Positions 63,199 through 64,000 of a DNA stretch of 64,000 nucleotides are shown one piece after another; position 1 is the stretch's first letter, and every line of letters starts with the position of its first letter. The stretch comes from an uncultured Desulfatitalea sp. Its GTDB lineage: Bacteria > Desulfobacterota > Desulfobacteria > Desulfobacterales > Desulfosarcinaceae. The position numbers and the translations under genes were made by a program. The DNA is taken from assembly GCA_963668675.2 (NCBI GenBank), contig CAXXMB010000001.1, positions 1,088,001 through 1,152,000 of the forward strand. The letters run 5' to 3'. The notes beneath the pieces were generated by a model. That model ran no database searches and was not told where the DNA came from. It saw only the letters and a program-made list of their open reading frames with translations.

Positions 63199-64000
63199 AT
63201 GAAAGCCCGGTATCACAAATTTCAATTCATCGCTCTGGCCTGTGCCGTTCTCACCGTCGCTGCAGCGTTTCTGGCCGCGTTGTCGAGCCTCCAATTGGCC
63301 GATCTTAAAAAGGCGGAGGCCCAAAAAAAGCAGGAGGGCAGTTCGGCCTCAAAGCAAGAGGTGCTCAACGCATGGATGGAGAAAGAGATCGACAATCTCA
63401 GGGTGATGCTCACCAAAGCGCAAAGCGAACTTGCCAGTGAGAAGGAAAAGAGTGCGGATCAGCAAAAAAGCATCAGCACGTTAAAAAACCAGTTGTCCGC
63501 TGTTTCAGCCAAAGCCCGCGCATTGGAGAAGGTTGTCTCTAAGCCTGCACCTCCAGCCGCTGCAGCAGGGCAGGCACCCCAACCCCCCGCATCGGCCGCA
63601 CAACCTTCGGCCCCCCAACAGACACAACCAACTGCTCGAACACCAGTCCCGGCACCGGCACCGGCAGCTGAAACAGGGGGAGTGTCCAAAGAACCTGCAA
63701 CCCCTCCGGCCCTGGTGAAACCGCCAACGCCAACACCGCAGGACGCTCCAGCCACGGTAACAACAACGCCCTCGCCCGCTCCTGCCGCTACACCTCAGGC
63801 GGCACCAGCGCAAAAAGCGTTGCCCTCTTCACCTGCCCCCCAACCTCAGGTGCCGCCCCCATCGAGTACAGCACCTGCAGGCAGTCAACCCCCGGCGTCA
63901 ACCTTGCAGGCACCTGCGACGGGTACTCAACCTCAACTCCAAAAAACCGAAGCACAGGCACCGCAAACGGCTGAAGAGCCTCCTAAGGTCATTATTGAAG
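63199..64000 (+). CDS. Hypothetical TM/coiled-coil protein with long Pro/Ala/Gln-rich region, truncated by the window end
   Basis: Frame from ATG 63199 (MKARYHKFQFIALAC...) stays open to 64000; absent from the ORF track because it has no stop in the window. Confidence 0.75.
   Translation, partial: MKARYHKFQFIALACAVLTVAAAFLAALSSLQLADLKKAEAQKKQEGSSASKQEVLNAWMEKEIDNLRVMLTKAQSELASEKEKSADQQKSISTLKNQLSAVSAKARALEKVVSKPAPPAAAAGQAPQPPASAAQPSAPQQTQPTARTPVPAPAPAAETGGVSKEPATPPALVKPPTPTPQDAPATVTTTPSPAPAATPQAAPAQKALPSSPAPQPQVPPPSSTAPAGSQPPASTLQAPATGTQPQLQKTEAQAPQTAEEPPKVIIE

Overview
Chromosomal backbone region, most likely from an anaerobic Desulfobacterota (Desulfobacterales-like) bacterium. This placement is inferred from gene content (HdrA/MvhD/HdrD-like module, HDOD, PocR, PilZ and hybrid kinase proteins), not from a database search. 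It holds about 60 CDSs. Recognisable housekeeping genes are aceE, aceF, pgm, argF, cysS, gltX, asd, fabH, mutM, hslO, djlA and sixA, alongside many signalling proteins and hypotheticals. I saw no rRNA, tRNA, CRISPR array, transposase or prophage. Highlights: (1) two ORFs that the track splits are probably one selenoprotein, an HdrD/DsrK-like Fe-S enzyme with in-frame UGA at the ECGH cysteine and a SECIS-like hairpin, ending a PocR-HdrA-HdrA/MvhD operon; (2) a two-gene envelope module in which an unnamed ~106-aa domain is shared, gap-free, by a membrane protein with 120-bp tandem repeats and the adjacent secreted protein; (3) an exported protein with three copies of an unrecognised 56-aa repeat directly after an ExeA-OmpA fusion; (4) one ~95-aa domain found both standalone and fused to a SLOG protein that is divergent from a cyclase-FHA gene; (5) an orphan DNA methyltransferase ending in a beta-clamp-like motif QLKLF; (6) four candidate structured or small RNAs, one behind an exact GG-N10-GC sigma54 motif. 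All family names come from motif recognition by eye, and start codons are best guesses.
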